Part shown: positions 1 through 8,744 of the stretch, piece after piece | Layout: each line of letters opens with the position of its first letter | How positions within the stretch are numbered: position 1 is the first letter of the stretch | Source: a virus | Taxonomy: Duplodnaviria; Heunggongvirae; Uroviricota; Caudoviricetes | Direction: 5' to 3' (one strand) | Length of the DNA: 19,115 bases | Virus record (IMG/VR): IMGVR_UViG_2617270954_000002 | The notes under the pieces: generated by a model | The model's input: the letters and a program-made list of their open reading frames with translations, nothing else | Told to the model about the DNA's origin: nothing | The model's database searches: none | Program-made: the position numbers and the translations under genes

Positions 1-195
1 GGTTACGGGGCGGCGACCTCGCGGTTTTTCACTATTTATGAAAATTTTTCAGGGAAAATCGTGTCGGTACTTCTCGAATATAACTTTTTGTTTTTTTTAA
101 TATTACATCCGTAAAGGTCCGACATGAAAGTGTCCGAAAATGCCTTTTTCTGGCGTTTTCATGTCGGGCCTTGTATTTGATAATGGGTTGTTTTC
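1..195 (+). other. cos: cos region: cosN (cohesive-end sequence GGGCGGCGACCT at 8-19) followed by cosB-like terminase binding region
   Basis: Bases 8-60 read GGGCGGCGACCTCGCGG..TATTTATGAAAATTTT, matching my recollection of the lambda left end; Nu1 starts about 190 bp downstream, the same spacing as lambda. Three copies of a TCRTGTCGG core sit at 59-67 (direct), 119-127 (inverted) and 159-167 (direct). Confidence 0.7.
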
Positions 196-744
196 ATGAA
201 GGTTAATAAAAAGAGGCTTGCCGAAATTTTCAACGTGGACCCGCGGACGATTGAACGCTGGCAGTCTCAGGGACTCCCTTGCGCCTCCAAAGGTAGTAAG
301 GGCATTGAATCTGTATTTGATACTGCCATGGCAATTCAGTGGTATGCGCAGAGGGAAACTGATATCGAAAACGAAAAGCTCCGCAAAGAACTGGACGATT
401 TGCGTGCGGCAGCGGAGTCAGATTTACAACCCGGCACCATTGACTATGAACGCTACCGGCTCACAAAAGCGCAGGCAGATGCGCAGGAACTGAAAAATGC
501 CCGTGAAGACGGAGTAGTGCTGGAAACTGAACTGTTTACCTTCATTCTGCAACGTGTGGCACAGGAGATTTCGGGGATACTTGTGCGTGTGCCGTTGACA
601 TTACAGCGTAAATATCCGGACATTTCACCATCACACCTTGATGTGGTGAAAACTGAAATCGCGAAAGCCTCCAATGTTGCAGCTAAGGCCGGTGAAAACG
701 TGGGCGGGTGGATCGATGATTTCAGACGCGCAGAAGGCAGCTAA
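196..744 (+). CDS. Nu1: terminase small subunit (gpNu1-like), N-terminal winged-HTH DNA-binding domain
   Basis: 182 aa ORF; [24 protein letters not shown] and ..[28 protein letters not shown] recalled as closely matching lambda gpNu1; sits directly after cos. Confidence 0.9.
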
Positions 745-2644
745 TGCAGCCGGTGCGATAGCTACAGGGCTTTTATCTCTCATTATTCCTGTTCCACTGA
801 CGACAGTTCAGTGGGCCAATAAACATTATTACCTTCCTAAAGAGTCGTCTTATACCCCCGGGCGGTGGGAAACACTGCCGTTTCAGGTTGGCATCATGAA
901 CTGTATGGGCAACGATCTGATTCGCACGGTTAACCTGATTAAATCTGCCCGTGTTGGTTATACAAAGATGTTGCTGGGAGTGGAGGCTTATTTTATTGAG
1001 CATAAATCACGCAACAGCCTTCTTTTTCAGCCCACGGATTCTGCTGCTGAAGATTTTATGAAATCTCATGTGGAACCCACGATCAGGGATGTGCCGGTTT
1101 TACTCGATCTTGCACCGTGGTTTGGGCGTAAACATCGTGATAATACCCTCACGCTGAAACGTTTTTCATCCGGTGTGGGGTTCTGGTGTCTGGGTGGTGC
1201 GGCAGCAAAAAACTACCGTGAAAAATCCGTGGATGTGGTCTGTTATGACGAGCTTTCCTCGTTCGAACCGGATGTCGAAAAAGAGGGTTCGCCAACCCTG
1301 CTTGGGGATAAACGTATTGAGGGCTCTGTATGGCCCAAATCCATTCGCGGCTCGACGCCTAAAATCAAAGGCACCTGCCAGATCGAAAAAGCGGCCAACG
1401 AGTCGGCGCATTTCATGCGTTTTTATGTGCCCTGCCCACACTGTGGGGAGGAGCAGTATCTGAAATTTGGCGATGAATCCACGCCTTTTGGCCTTAAATG
1501 GGAGAAGGACAGCCCCGAAAGCGTTTTCTACCTCTGTGAACATCATGGCTGCGTGATCCATCAGTCTGAGCTTGACCAGAGCAACGGGCGGTGGATCTGT
1601 GAAAACACGGGGATGTGGACCCGTGACGGTCTGACGTTTTTCAGCGCCGCGGATAATGAAATTCCGCCGCCGCGCTCCATCACGTTCCATATCTGGACGG
1701 CGTACAGTCCGTTCACCACCTGGGTACAGATAGTCTATGACTGGCTGGATGCACTGAAAGATCCCAACGGCCTGAAAACCTTTGTGAACACCACGCTGGG
1801 CGAGACCTGGGAAGAGGCCGTGGGCGAAAAACTCGATCACCAGGTACTGATGGATAAGGTCGTGCATTACACGGCGGCGGTGCCAGCCCGGGTGGTTTAT
1901 CTGACGGCGGGCATTGACTCGCAGCGAAACCGTTTTGAGATGTATGTCTGGGGATGGGCTCCGGGAGAGGAAGCCTTTCTGGTGGATAAAATCATCATTA
2001 TGGGGCGTCCCGATGAGGAAGAGACGCTGTTACGTTTGGATGCGGCGATCAACAAAAAATACTGCCATGCAGACGGAACCGAAATGACCATTTCCCGTGT
2101 CTGCTGGGACACCGGGGGGATCGATGGTGAAATTGTCTATCAGAGGTCAAAAAAACACGGTGTTTTCCGGGTGCTGCCGGTAAAAGGCGCATCTGTCTAT
2201 GGCAAGCCGGTGATCACCATGCCGAAAACCCGCAATCAGCGGGGCGTGTATCTGTGTGAAGTGGGGACGGACACCGCAAAAGAAATTCTCTATGCCCGTA
2301 TGAAAGCCGATCCCACGCCTGCGGATGAAGCCACGTCGTATGCCATCCGTTTTCCTGATGATCCGGAGATTTTTTCGCAGACAGAGGCGCAGCAACTGGT
2401 GGCGGAAGAGCTTGTGGAGAAGTGGGAAAAAGGAAAGATGCGTCTGCTGTGGGATAACAAAAAGCGGCGTAACGAAGCGCTGGACTGCCTGGTGTATGCC
2501 TATGCGGCATTACGTGTGTCCGTGCAACGCTGGCAGCTTGATCTGGCTGTACTGGCAAAATCCCGGGAAGAAGAGACGACCCGGCCAACCCTTAAAGAAC
2601 TGGCAGCGAAGCTGTCCGGAGGAGTGAATGGTTACAGTCGCTGA
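716..2644 (+). CDS. A: terminase large subunit (gpA-like; ATPase/endonuclease)
   Basis: ORF 674..2644 aligns along its length with recalled lambda gpA (YYLPKES.[12 protein letters not shown], [28 protein letters not shown]). Start placed at the in-frame ATG at 716, which overlaps the Nu1 3' end as in lambda; ATG 674 is the alternative. Confidence 0.88.
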
Positions 2645-2834
2645 ACTACAGGCGCTGCGTCAGGCGCGCCTTGATTTATTAACCGGTAAACGGGTGGTGT
2701 CTGTCCAGAAAGATGGTCGCAGAATTGAATATACGGCGGCTTCTCTGGATGAGCTTAACCGGGCGATCAATGATGCGGAGTCGGTACTGGGGACAACCCG
2801 ACGTCGCCGTCGTCCGCTGGGAGTGAGGTTATGA
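2628..2834 (+). CDS. W: head-tail joining protein gpW-like
   Basis: 68 aa, same length as lambda gpW, with motif LLTGKRVVSVQKDGRRIEYTAAS; overlaps the A stop and the B start (ATGA). Confidence 0.85.
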   Translation: MVTVAELQALRQARLDLLTGKRVVSVQKDGRRIEYTAASLDELNRAINDAESVLGTTRRRRRPLGVRL

Positions 2835-4423
2835 AACGAACGCCTGTCCTGATTGATGTGAACGGCGTTCCGCTTCGTGAGAGTCTCAGCTACAACGGGG
2901 GCGGCGCAGGATTTGGCGGGCAAATGGCTGAGTGGTTGCCACCGGCGCAGAGTGCCGATGCAGCCCTGCTGCCCGCGTTGCGTCTGGGGAATGCCCGGGC
3001 AGATGATCTGGTGCGCAATAACGGAATAGCGGCCAATGCGGTGGCCCTGCATAAGGATCACATTGTCGGGCATATGTTTCTGATTAGCTACCGTCCGAAC
3101 TGGCGCTGGCTGGGGATGCGGGAGACCGCGGCAAAAAGTTTTGTCGATGAGGTGGAGGCGGCCTGGTCAGAATACGCAGAAGGGATGTTTGGTGAGATCG
3201 ACGTGGAAGGGAAACGCACGTTTACGGAATTTATCCGTGAAGGTGTGGGCGTTCATGCGTTTAACGGCGAAATCTTTGTGCAGCCGGTCTGGGATACGGA
3301 GAGCACGCAACTGTTTCGTACGCGTTTTAAAGCCGTGAGTCCGAAACGGGTGGACACGCCAGGACACGGTATGGGGAACCGTTTTCTGCGGGCCGGTGTG
3401 GAGGTCGATCGATATGGTCGTGCCGTTGCGTACCATATCTGTGAGGATGATTTTCCTCGCTCCGGGAGTGGACGATGGGAACGGATCCCGCGTGAACTTC
3501 CCACCGGGCGTCCGGCCATGCTGCATATTTTCGAGCCGGTGGAGGACGGGCAGACCCGTGGAGCCAATCAGTTTTACAGCGTAATGGAACGGCTGAAGAT
3601 GCTCGATTCCCTGCAGGCAACACAGCTTCAGTCGGCCATAGTGAAGGCGATGTATGCAGCGACGATTGAAAGTGACCTTGATACCGAAAAGGCCTTTGAA
3701 TATATCGCCGGTGCGCCGCAGGGGCAGAAGGATAATCCGCTTATTAATATTCTGGATAAGTTCTCCACCTGGTATGACACGAATAGCGTGACGCTGGGCG
3801 GTGTCAAAATTCCGCACCTTTTCCCCGGTGATGATCTGAAACTTCAGACCGCGCAGGATTCAGACAATGGATTTTCGGCGCTTGAACAGGCGCTGCTGCG
3901 GTATATCGCCGCCGGTCTTGGCGTTTCCTACGAACAGTTGTCCCGTGATTACTCGAAGGTCAGTTATTCAAGTGCCCGCGCATCCGCCAATGAGTCGTGG
4001 CGCTATTTTATGGGGCGGCGAAAATTTATTGCGTCCCGGCTGGCCACGCAGATGTTTTCCTGCTGGCTGGAAGAGGCACTTCTTCGGGGGATTATTCGTC
4101 CGCCACGGGCACGTTTTGATTTTTATCAGGCGCGTTCAGCCTGGTCACGGGCTGAGTGGATTGGTGCCGGAAGAATGGCCATTGACGGGCTCAAGGAGGT
4201 TCAGGAATCGGTGATGCGTATTGAGGCCGGACTGAGCACGTATGAGAAAGAGCTGGCGCTGATGGGCGAGGATTATCAGGACATTTTCCGCCAGCAGGTC
4301 AGGGAATCTGCAGAGCGGGAAAAAGCCGGACTCTCACGTCCGGTGTGGATAGCGCAGGCGTATCAGCAGCAGATAGCGGAGAGTCGCAGGCCGGAAGAGG
4401 AGACAACACCACGTGAGACGTAA
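2831..4423 (+). CDS. B: portal protein gpB-like
   Basis: 530 aa (lambda gpB about 533 aa); long blocks recalled as matching lambda B, e.g. FEPVEDGQTRGANQFYSVME, LLRYIAAGLGVSYEQLSR, GRMAIDGLKEVQESVM. Confidence 0.9.
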   Translation: MKRTPVLIDVNGVPLRESLSYNGGGAGFGGQMAEWLPPAQSADAALLPALRLGNARADDLVRNNGIAANAVALHKDHIVGHMFLISYRPNWRWLGMRETAAKSFVDEVEAAWSEYAEGMFGEIDVEGKRTFTEFIREGVGVHAFNGEIFVQPVWDTESTQLFRTRFKAVSPKRVDTPGHGMGNRFLRAGVEVDRYGRAVAYHICEDDFPRSGSGRWERIPRELPTGRPAMLHIFEPVEDGQTRGANQFYSVMERLKMLDSLQATQLQSAIVKAMYAATIESDLDTEKAFEYIAGAPQGQKDNPLINILDKFSTWYDTNSVTLGGVKIPHLFPGDDLKLQTAQDSDNGFSALEQALLRYIAAGLGVSYEQLSRDYSKVSYSSARASANESWRYFMGRRKFIASRLATQMFSCWLEEALLRGIIRPPRARFDFYQARSAWSRAEWIGAGRMAIDGLKEVQESVMRIEAGLSTYEKELALMGEDYQDIFRQQVRESAEREKAGLSRPVWIAQAYQQQIAESRRPEEETTPRET

Positions 4424-5918
4424 TCTTTCACACATTATTGCAGCAGCATTCAATGAACCGCTGCTTCTGGAGCCCGCCTATGCGCGGGTTTTCTTTTGCG
4501 CGCTCGGGCGCGAGATGGGGGCAGCAAGTCTTTCGGTACCACAACAGCAGGTACAGTTTGATGCTCCCGGAATGCTGGCTGAAACGGACGAGTACATGGC
4601 CGGAGGTAAACGACCGGCCCGTGTTTACCGGGTGGTGAACGGTATTGCTGTACTGCCGGTGACAGGCACGCTGGTGCACCGGCTGGGCGGTATGCGGCCA
4701 TTTTCCGGAATGACAGGCTATGACGGCATTGTCGCCTGTCTTCAGCAGGCAATGGCAGATAGCCAGGTGCGGGGCGTACTGCTGGACATTGACAGTCCGG
4801 GCGGGCAGGCCGCCGGTGCGTTTGACTGTGCTGACATGATTTACCGCCTCCGTCAGCAGAAGCCGGTCTGGGCACTGTGCAATGACACGGCCTGTTCTGC
4901 AGCCATGCTGCTGGCGTCGGCCTGCTCCCGACGGCTGGTTACCCAGACATCCCGTATCGGCTCCATTGGTGTGATGATGAGCCATGTCAGCTATGCCGGT
5001 AATCTGGCGCAGGCCGGTGTGGATATCACGCTGATTTACTCAGGGGCGCACAAGGTGGATGGCAATCAGTTTGAAGTCTTACCGGAAGAGGTGCGTCAGG
5101 ACATGCAGCAGCGGATTGATGCGGCGCGCCGGATGTTTGCCGAAAAAGTGGCGATGTATACCGGTCTGTCTGTTGATGCAGTCACGGGAACAGAGGCCGC
5201 CGTTTTTGAAGGTCAGTCCGGCATTGAGGCCGGGCTGGCGGATGAATTAATCAATGCGTCGGATGCCATCAGTGTGATGGCCACGGCGCTGAACAGTAAT
5301 GTCAGAGGAGGCACTATGCCGCAATTAACTGCAACGGAAGCTGCCGCGCAGGAGAACCAGCGAGTGATGGGGATCCTGACGTGTCAGGAAGCGAAAGGAC
5401 GTGAACACCTTGCCACGATGCTGGCAGGACAACAGGGCATGAGCGTTGAACAGGCCCGGGCGATTCTGACCGCGGCAGCACCACAGCAGCCGGTGGCATC
5501 CACGCAGAGTGAAGCCGATCGCATTATGGCGTGTGAAGAGGCTAAAGGTCGTGAACAACTGGCGGCAACGCTGGCGGCGATGCCGGAGATGACGGTGGAA
5601 AAAGCCCGCCCGATCTTGGCTGCCTCACCGCAGGCGGATGCCGGGCCCTCACTTCGTGATCAGATCATGGCCCTGGATGAGGCAAAAGGGGCAGAAGCGC
5701 AGGCTGAAAAACTGGCGGCGTTTCCCGGAATGACGGTGGAGGCTGCCCGCGACATTCTGTCCTCATCGCCGGATAAAGCAGAACCGGTCTCTGCATCCAC
5801 AACTGCCCTGTTTGAACATTTCATGGCGAATCATTCACCGGCAGCGGTGCGGGGTGGCGTGTCACAGACGTCAGCAGACGGTGATGCGGACGTGAAAATG
5901 CTCATGGCCATGCCATGA
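4413..5918 (+). CDS. C: prohead protease/scaffold protein gpC-like (S49/ClpP-type fold), C-terminal scaffold domain
   Basis: 501 aa; N-terminal FNEPLLLEPAYARVFFCAL and the VWALCND..SAA..LASA / TSRIGSIGVMM region match recalled lambda gpC; overlaps the B stop. Confidence 0.85.
   Translation: MRRNLSHIIAAAFNEPLLLEPAYARVFFCALGREMGAASLSVPQQQVQFDAPGMLAETDEYMAGGKRPARVYRVVNGIAVLPVTGTLVHRLGGMRPFSGMTGYDGIVACLQQAMADSQVRGVLLDIDSPGGQAAGAFDCADMIYRLRQQKPVWALCNDTACSAAMLLASACSRRLVTQTSRIGSIGVMMSHVSYAGNLAQAGVDITLIYSGAHKVDGNQFEVLPEEVRQDMQQRIDAARRMFAEKVAMYTGLSVDAVTGTEAAVFEGQSGIEAGLADELINASDAISVMATALNSNVRGGTMPQLTATEAAAQENQRVMGILTCQEAKGREHLATMLAGQQGMSVEQARAILTAAAPQQPVASTQSEADRIMACEEAKGREQLAATLAAMPEMTVEKARPILAASPQADAGPSLRDQIMALDEAKGAEAQAEKLAAFPGMTVEAARDILSSSPDKAEPVSASTTALFEHFMANHSPAAVRGGVSQTSADGDADVKMLMAMP
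5316..5918 (+). CDS. Nu3: nested in-frame scaffold protein (Nu3-like), internal start within the C frame
   Basis: In-frame ATG at 5316 preceded by a strong Shine-Dalgarno (AGAGGAGG, 5304-5311); about 600 nt, close to the recalled lambda Nu3 length; shares its stop with C. Confidence 0.5.
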   Translation: MPQLTATEAAAQENQRVMGILTCQEAKGREHLATMLAGQQGMSVEQARAILTAAAPQQPVASTQSEADRIMACEEAKGREQLAATLAAMPEMTVEKARPILAASPQADAGPSLRDQIMALDEAKGAEAQAEKLAAFPGMTVEAARDILSSSPDKAEPVSASTTALFEHFMANHSPAAVRGGVSQTSADGDADVKMLMAMP

Positions 5919-5954
5919 AGTCAGTGCTGACCATCAATATGAGGTTTTAACAAA

Positions 5955-6301
5955 ATGGTGACGAAAACCATCACTGAACAGCGTGCGGAAGTACGTATTT
6001 TTGCCGGTAATGATCCGGCTCATACCGCCACAGGCAGCAGCGGGATTTCTCAGCAACACCGGCACTGACGCCCCTGATGCTGGATGAAGCCACCGGGAAA
6101 CTGGTGGTCTGGGACGGACAGAAAGCCGGTAGTGCGGCTGGCATACTGGTACTGCCGCTTGAAGGCACAGAGACGGTGCTGACCTATTACAAGTCGGGGA
6201 CCTTTGCGACGGAGGCAATCCGCTGGCCTGACAGTGTGGATGAACACAAAAAGGCAAATGCCTTTGCCGGCACAGCCCTGAGTCACGCGGCTCTGCCGTA
6301 A
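5955..6301 (+). pseudogene. D: head decoration protein gpD-like, interrupted by a frame break (candidate pseudogene or sequencing indel)
   Basis: ATG at 5955 gives MVTKTITEQRAEVRIFAGNDPAHTATGSSGISQQHRH then TGA at 6066-6068. The rest of the D homolog (LTPLMLDEATGKLVVWDG...YKSGTF...AFAGTA) continues to 6301 in the -1 frame. Lambda gpD is recalled as one continuous 110 aa protein. Confidence 0.6.
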
Positions 6302-6308
6302 CACGTTA

Positions 6309-6330
6309 TCAGGCCACCATGGTGGCCTGA
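6309..6330. repeat. 22-bp perfect palindrome (TCAGGCCACCATGGTGGCCTGA) in the D-E intergenic region
   Basis: The sequence equals its own reverse complement; it lies between the D stop (6301) and the E start (6359). Confidence 0.6.
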
Positions 6331-6358
6331 CTGATTTCTGAATGAAAGGAACTGATTT

Positions 6359-7387
6359 ATGGGATTGTTTACGACCCGCCAGTTACTCGGTTATACCGAA
6401 CAAAAAGTTAAATTCCGTGCGCTATTTCTGGAGCTGTTTTTCCGCCGTACGGTGAATTTCCACACCGAAGAGGTGATGCTGGACAAAATTACCGGAAAAA
6501 CGCCGGTGGCGGCCTATGTCTCCCCGATCGTTGAAGGAAAAGTGCTGCGCCATCGTGGTGGTGAAACCCGCGTGTTGCGTCCGGGCTACGTCAAGCCGAA
6601 ACACGAATTTAATTACCAGCAGGCGGTGGAGCGCCTTCCCGGTGAAGATCCGGCTCAGCTGAACGACCCGGCCTACCGTCGTCTGCGTATCATCACTGAT
6701 AACCTCAAACAGGAAGAGCACGCTATTGTGCAGGTGGAAGAAATGCAGGCGGTGAATGCCGTGCTGTATGGCAAATATACGATGGAAGGAGACCAGTTCG
6801 AGAAAATTGAGGTTGATTTTGGCAGATCGACGAAGAATAACATCATACAGGGTAGCGGTAAGGAGTGGTCAAAACAGGACCGTGACACGTTCGACCCGAC
6901 ATATGATATCGACCTTTTCTGTGATCAGGCCAGTGGTCTTGTGAATATTGCCATTATGGACGGTACCGTCTGGCGTCTGCTGAATGGCTTTAAGCTGTTC
7001 CGCGAAAAAATGGATACCCGTCGCGGTTCAAATTCACAACTCGAAACGGCAGTGAAAGACCTGGGCGCAGTGGTATCCTTCAAGGGGTATTACGGCGATC
7101 TGGCCATTGTGGTAGCGAAAACATCTTATGTGGCAGAGGACGGTACCGAAAAACGTTATCTGCCGGAGGGCACGCTGGTCCTGGGAAATACGGCTGCTGA
7201 GGGCATTCGTTGCTATGGTGCCATTCAGGATGCGCAGGCGTTGTCCGAAGGTGTGGTGGCCTCTTCCCGTTATCCGAAACACTGGCTGACCGTGGGCGAT
7301 CCGTCCTGTGAATTCACCATGACGCAGTCCGCTCCGCTGATGGTGCTGCCGGATCCGGATGAGTTTGTGGTGGTACAGGTGAAATAA
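6359..7387 (+). CDS. E: major capsid protein gpE-like
   Basis: 342 aa (lambda gpE 341 aa); motifs PGYVKPKHE, AIVQVEEMQAV, KLFREKMDTRRGSNSQLETAVKDLG and FTMTQSAPLMVLPDPDEFV match recalled lambda E. Confidence 0.92.
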   Translation: MGLFTTRQLLGYTEQKVKFRALFLELFFRRTVNFHTEEVMLDKITGKTPVAAYVSPIVEGKVLRHRGGETRVLRPGYVKPKHEFNYQQAVERLPGEDPAQLNDPAYRRLRIITDNLKQEEHAIVQVEEMQAVNAVLYGKYTMEGDQFEKIEVDFGRSTKNNIIQGSGKEWSKQDRDTFDPTYDIDLFCDQASGLVNIAIMDGTVWRLLNGFKLFREKMDTRRGSNSQLETAVKDLGAVVSFKGYYGDLAIVVAKTSYVAEDGTEKRYLPEGTLVLGNTAAEGIRCYGAIQDAQALSEGVVASSRYPKHWLTVGDPSCEFTMTQSAPLMVLPDPDEFVVVQVK

Positions 7388-7395
7388 TCCGTGAG

Positions 7396-7424
7396 CGGGG
7401 GCGAAATGCCCCCGTGTCTTTTTT
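7396..7424 (+). terminator. candidate rho-independent terminator/stem-loop after the capsid gene
   Basis: Stem CGGGGGC (7396-7402), loop GAAAT, stem GCCCCCG (7408-7414), followed by TGTCTTTTTT. Confidence 0.5.
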
Positions 7425-7439
7425 CACAGGGGGCTGGAT

Positions 7440-7809
7440 ATGGCAACAAAAGAAGAAAATCAGAAACGTCTTCGTGAACTGGCTGGCCTGCTGGGGCGCG
7501 AGGCGGATATGTCGGGGAGTGCTGCGGATATCGCACAGCGTGTGGCAGAGTGGGAAGAGGAGGTTTGCGCATCGGAAAATGAAATCGCAGATGTTGATGA
7601 TACCGTTTATGAGCAGGCATACAGGAACACCGGTGAGGATGACGTTCGGTATTCTGGAACGTATCATGCTTCTGAAGTGTTTTTACCTGTGCGGTGTTGA
7701 CGATGAAACAGGTGAGCCTGTTGAGCATGTTGATGCTGGCAGAGTAATTCTGATGCCCCCCTCAGTGGCAAAAGACATGGTCAGGAGCGGAATGGCCGTT
7801 TATGCGTGA
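7440..7809 (+). pseudogene. FI: DNA-packaging protein gpFI-like, split across two reading frames
   Basis: Frame of 7440 gives an N-terminus like recalled lambda FI (..LRELAGLLGRE...AADIAQRVAEWEEEV) and stops at 7698-7700. The FI-like C-terminus (LLKCFYLCGVDDETGEPV...AKDMVRSGMAVYA) is in the +1 frame, ending at 7809 and overlapping the FII start (ATGCGTGA). Break lies roughly within 7600-7650. Confidence 0.55.
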
Positions 7810-8155
7810 TTTTGAGAATTCCTTTGATGCTGCCCTTGCCGGGGTGGACAGAACGATTGTTGAAGTGATGGGGCTCTGTGCGCAGTTCACCTCGGGGGCA
7901 CAGTGTGGCAGCGAAGTTCAGGGGGTTTTTGACGATCCGGAGTCGCTGGGGTTTGCCGGTAGCGGGGTCCGTATTGAAGGAAGCAGCCCGTCATTATTTG
8001 TGCGGACGGATACGGTTCGTGCCGTGCGGCGTGGTGACACGCTGACCATTAATGGTGAGACATTCTGGGTGGATCGTGTTTCTCCGGATGACGGGGGTAG
8101 CTGTTATCTCTGGCTCAACCGTGGGCAACCACCCGCAGTTAACCGGCGACGATAA
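7802..8155 (+). CDS. FII: head-tail connector/tail attachment protein gpFII-like
   Basis: 117 aa, same as lambda FII; GVFDDPE, GVRIEGSSPSLFVRTD and FWVDRVSPDDGGSCYLWL..PPAVNRRR match recalled lambda FII. Confidence 0.88.
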   Translation: MRDFENSFDAALAGVDRTIVEVMGLCAQFTSGAQCGSEVQGVFDDPESLGFAGSGVRIEGSSPSLFVRTDTVRAVRRGDTLTINGETFWVDRVSPDDGGSCYLWLNRGQPPAVNRRR

Positions 8156-8169
8156 ACGCAGGGTGAATT

Positions 8170-8744
8170 ATGGCGATAAAAGGGCTTGATCAGGCGATTG
8201 ACAATCTGAGCCGGGTTCGTAAAAACGCCATTCCGGCTGCTTCTGCAATGACCATTAACCGCGTGGCCACAACGGCGATTAATCAGTCTTCATCACAGGT
8301 TGCCCGGGAGACAAAGGTTCGCCGGAAACTGGTTAAGGAACGGTCCAGACTGAAACGGGCGACGGTCAGAAATCCGAATGCCAGAATTATCGTTAACCGC
8401 GGTGATCTCCCTGTGATTAAGCTGGGGATCAGAATGCTGGGGCGTCGTCCGAACAGCATACTCAAAGCCGGTCAGCATCGTTATCAGCGGGCATTTATCC
8501 AGCGATTAAATAATGGGCGCTGGCATGTTATGCAACGTCTTCCCCAGGCCAGATATGACGGTGGCATGTCATGCAGCGTGTGGCCGGGAAAAATCGTTAC
8601 CCCATTGATGTGGTGAAAATTCCGATGGCGGTGCCGCTGACCACGGCGTTTAAACAGAATATTGAGCGGATACGGCGTGAGCGCCTTCCGAAAGAGCTGG
8701 GCTATGCGCTGCAGCATCAACTGAGGATGGTAATAAAGCGATGA
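8170..8744 (+). pseudogene. Z: minor tail protein gpZ-like, disrupted by a 41-bp imperfect tandem duplication causing a frame change
   Basis: N-terminus MAIKGLDQAIDNLSR..QVARETKVRRKLVKER.RLKRATV..NRGDLPVIKLG runs in the frame of 8170 through GRWHVMQR and stops at 8614-8616. A second WHVMQR, followed by the lambda-like C-terminus [54 protein letters not shown], starts at 8562 in another frame and ends at 8742-8744. Confidence 0.6.

Noticed and set aside
674-715. Upstream ATG at 674 as the start of A
   Set aside because: The lambda-like N-terminus and Nu1/A overlap geometry favour ATG 716; 674 would add 14 residues with no homology. Not fully excluded.
1166-1867. 233 aa minus-strand ORF inside A
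   Set aside because: Antisense to the terminase large subunit gene; no start or RBS context and no recognisable motifs.
3167-3817. 216 aa minus-strand ORF inside B
   Set aside because: Antisense to the portal gene; treated as a frame artefact.
7414-7809. 131 aa + strand ORF taken as a single gene
   Set aside because: Only its C-terminal third looks like FI; the N-terminal part is an out-of-frame read-through of the FI 5' region. It is better explained as the downstream half of a frame-broken FI.
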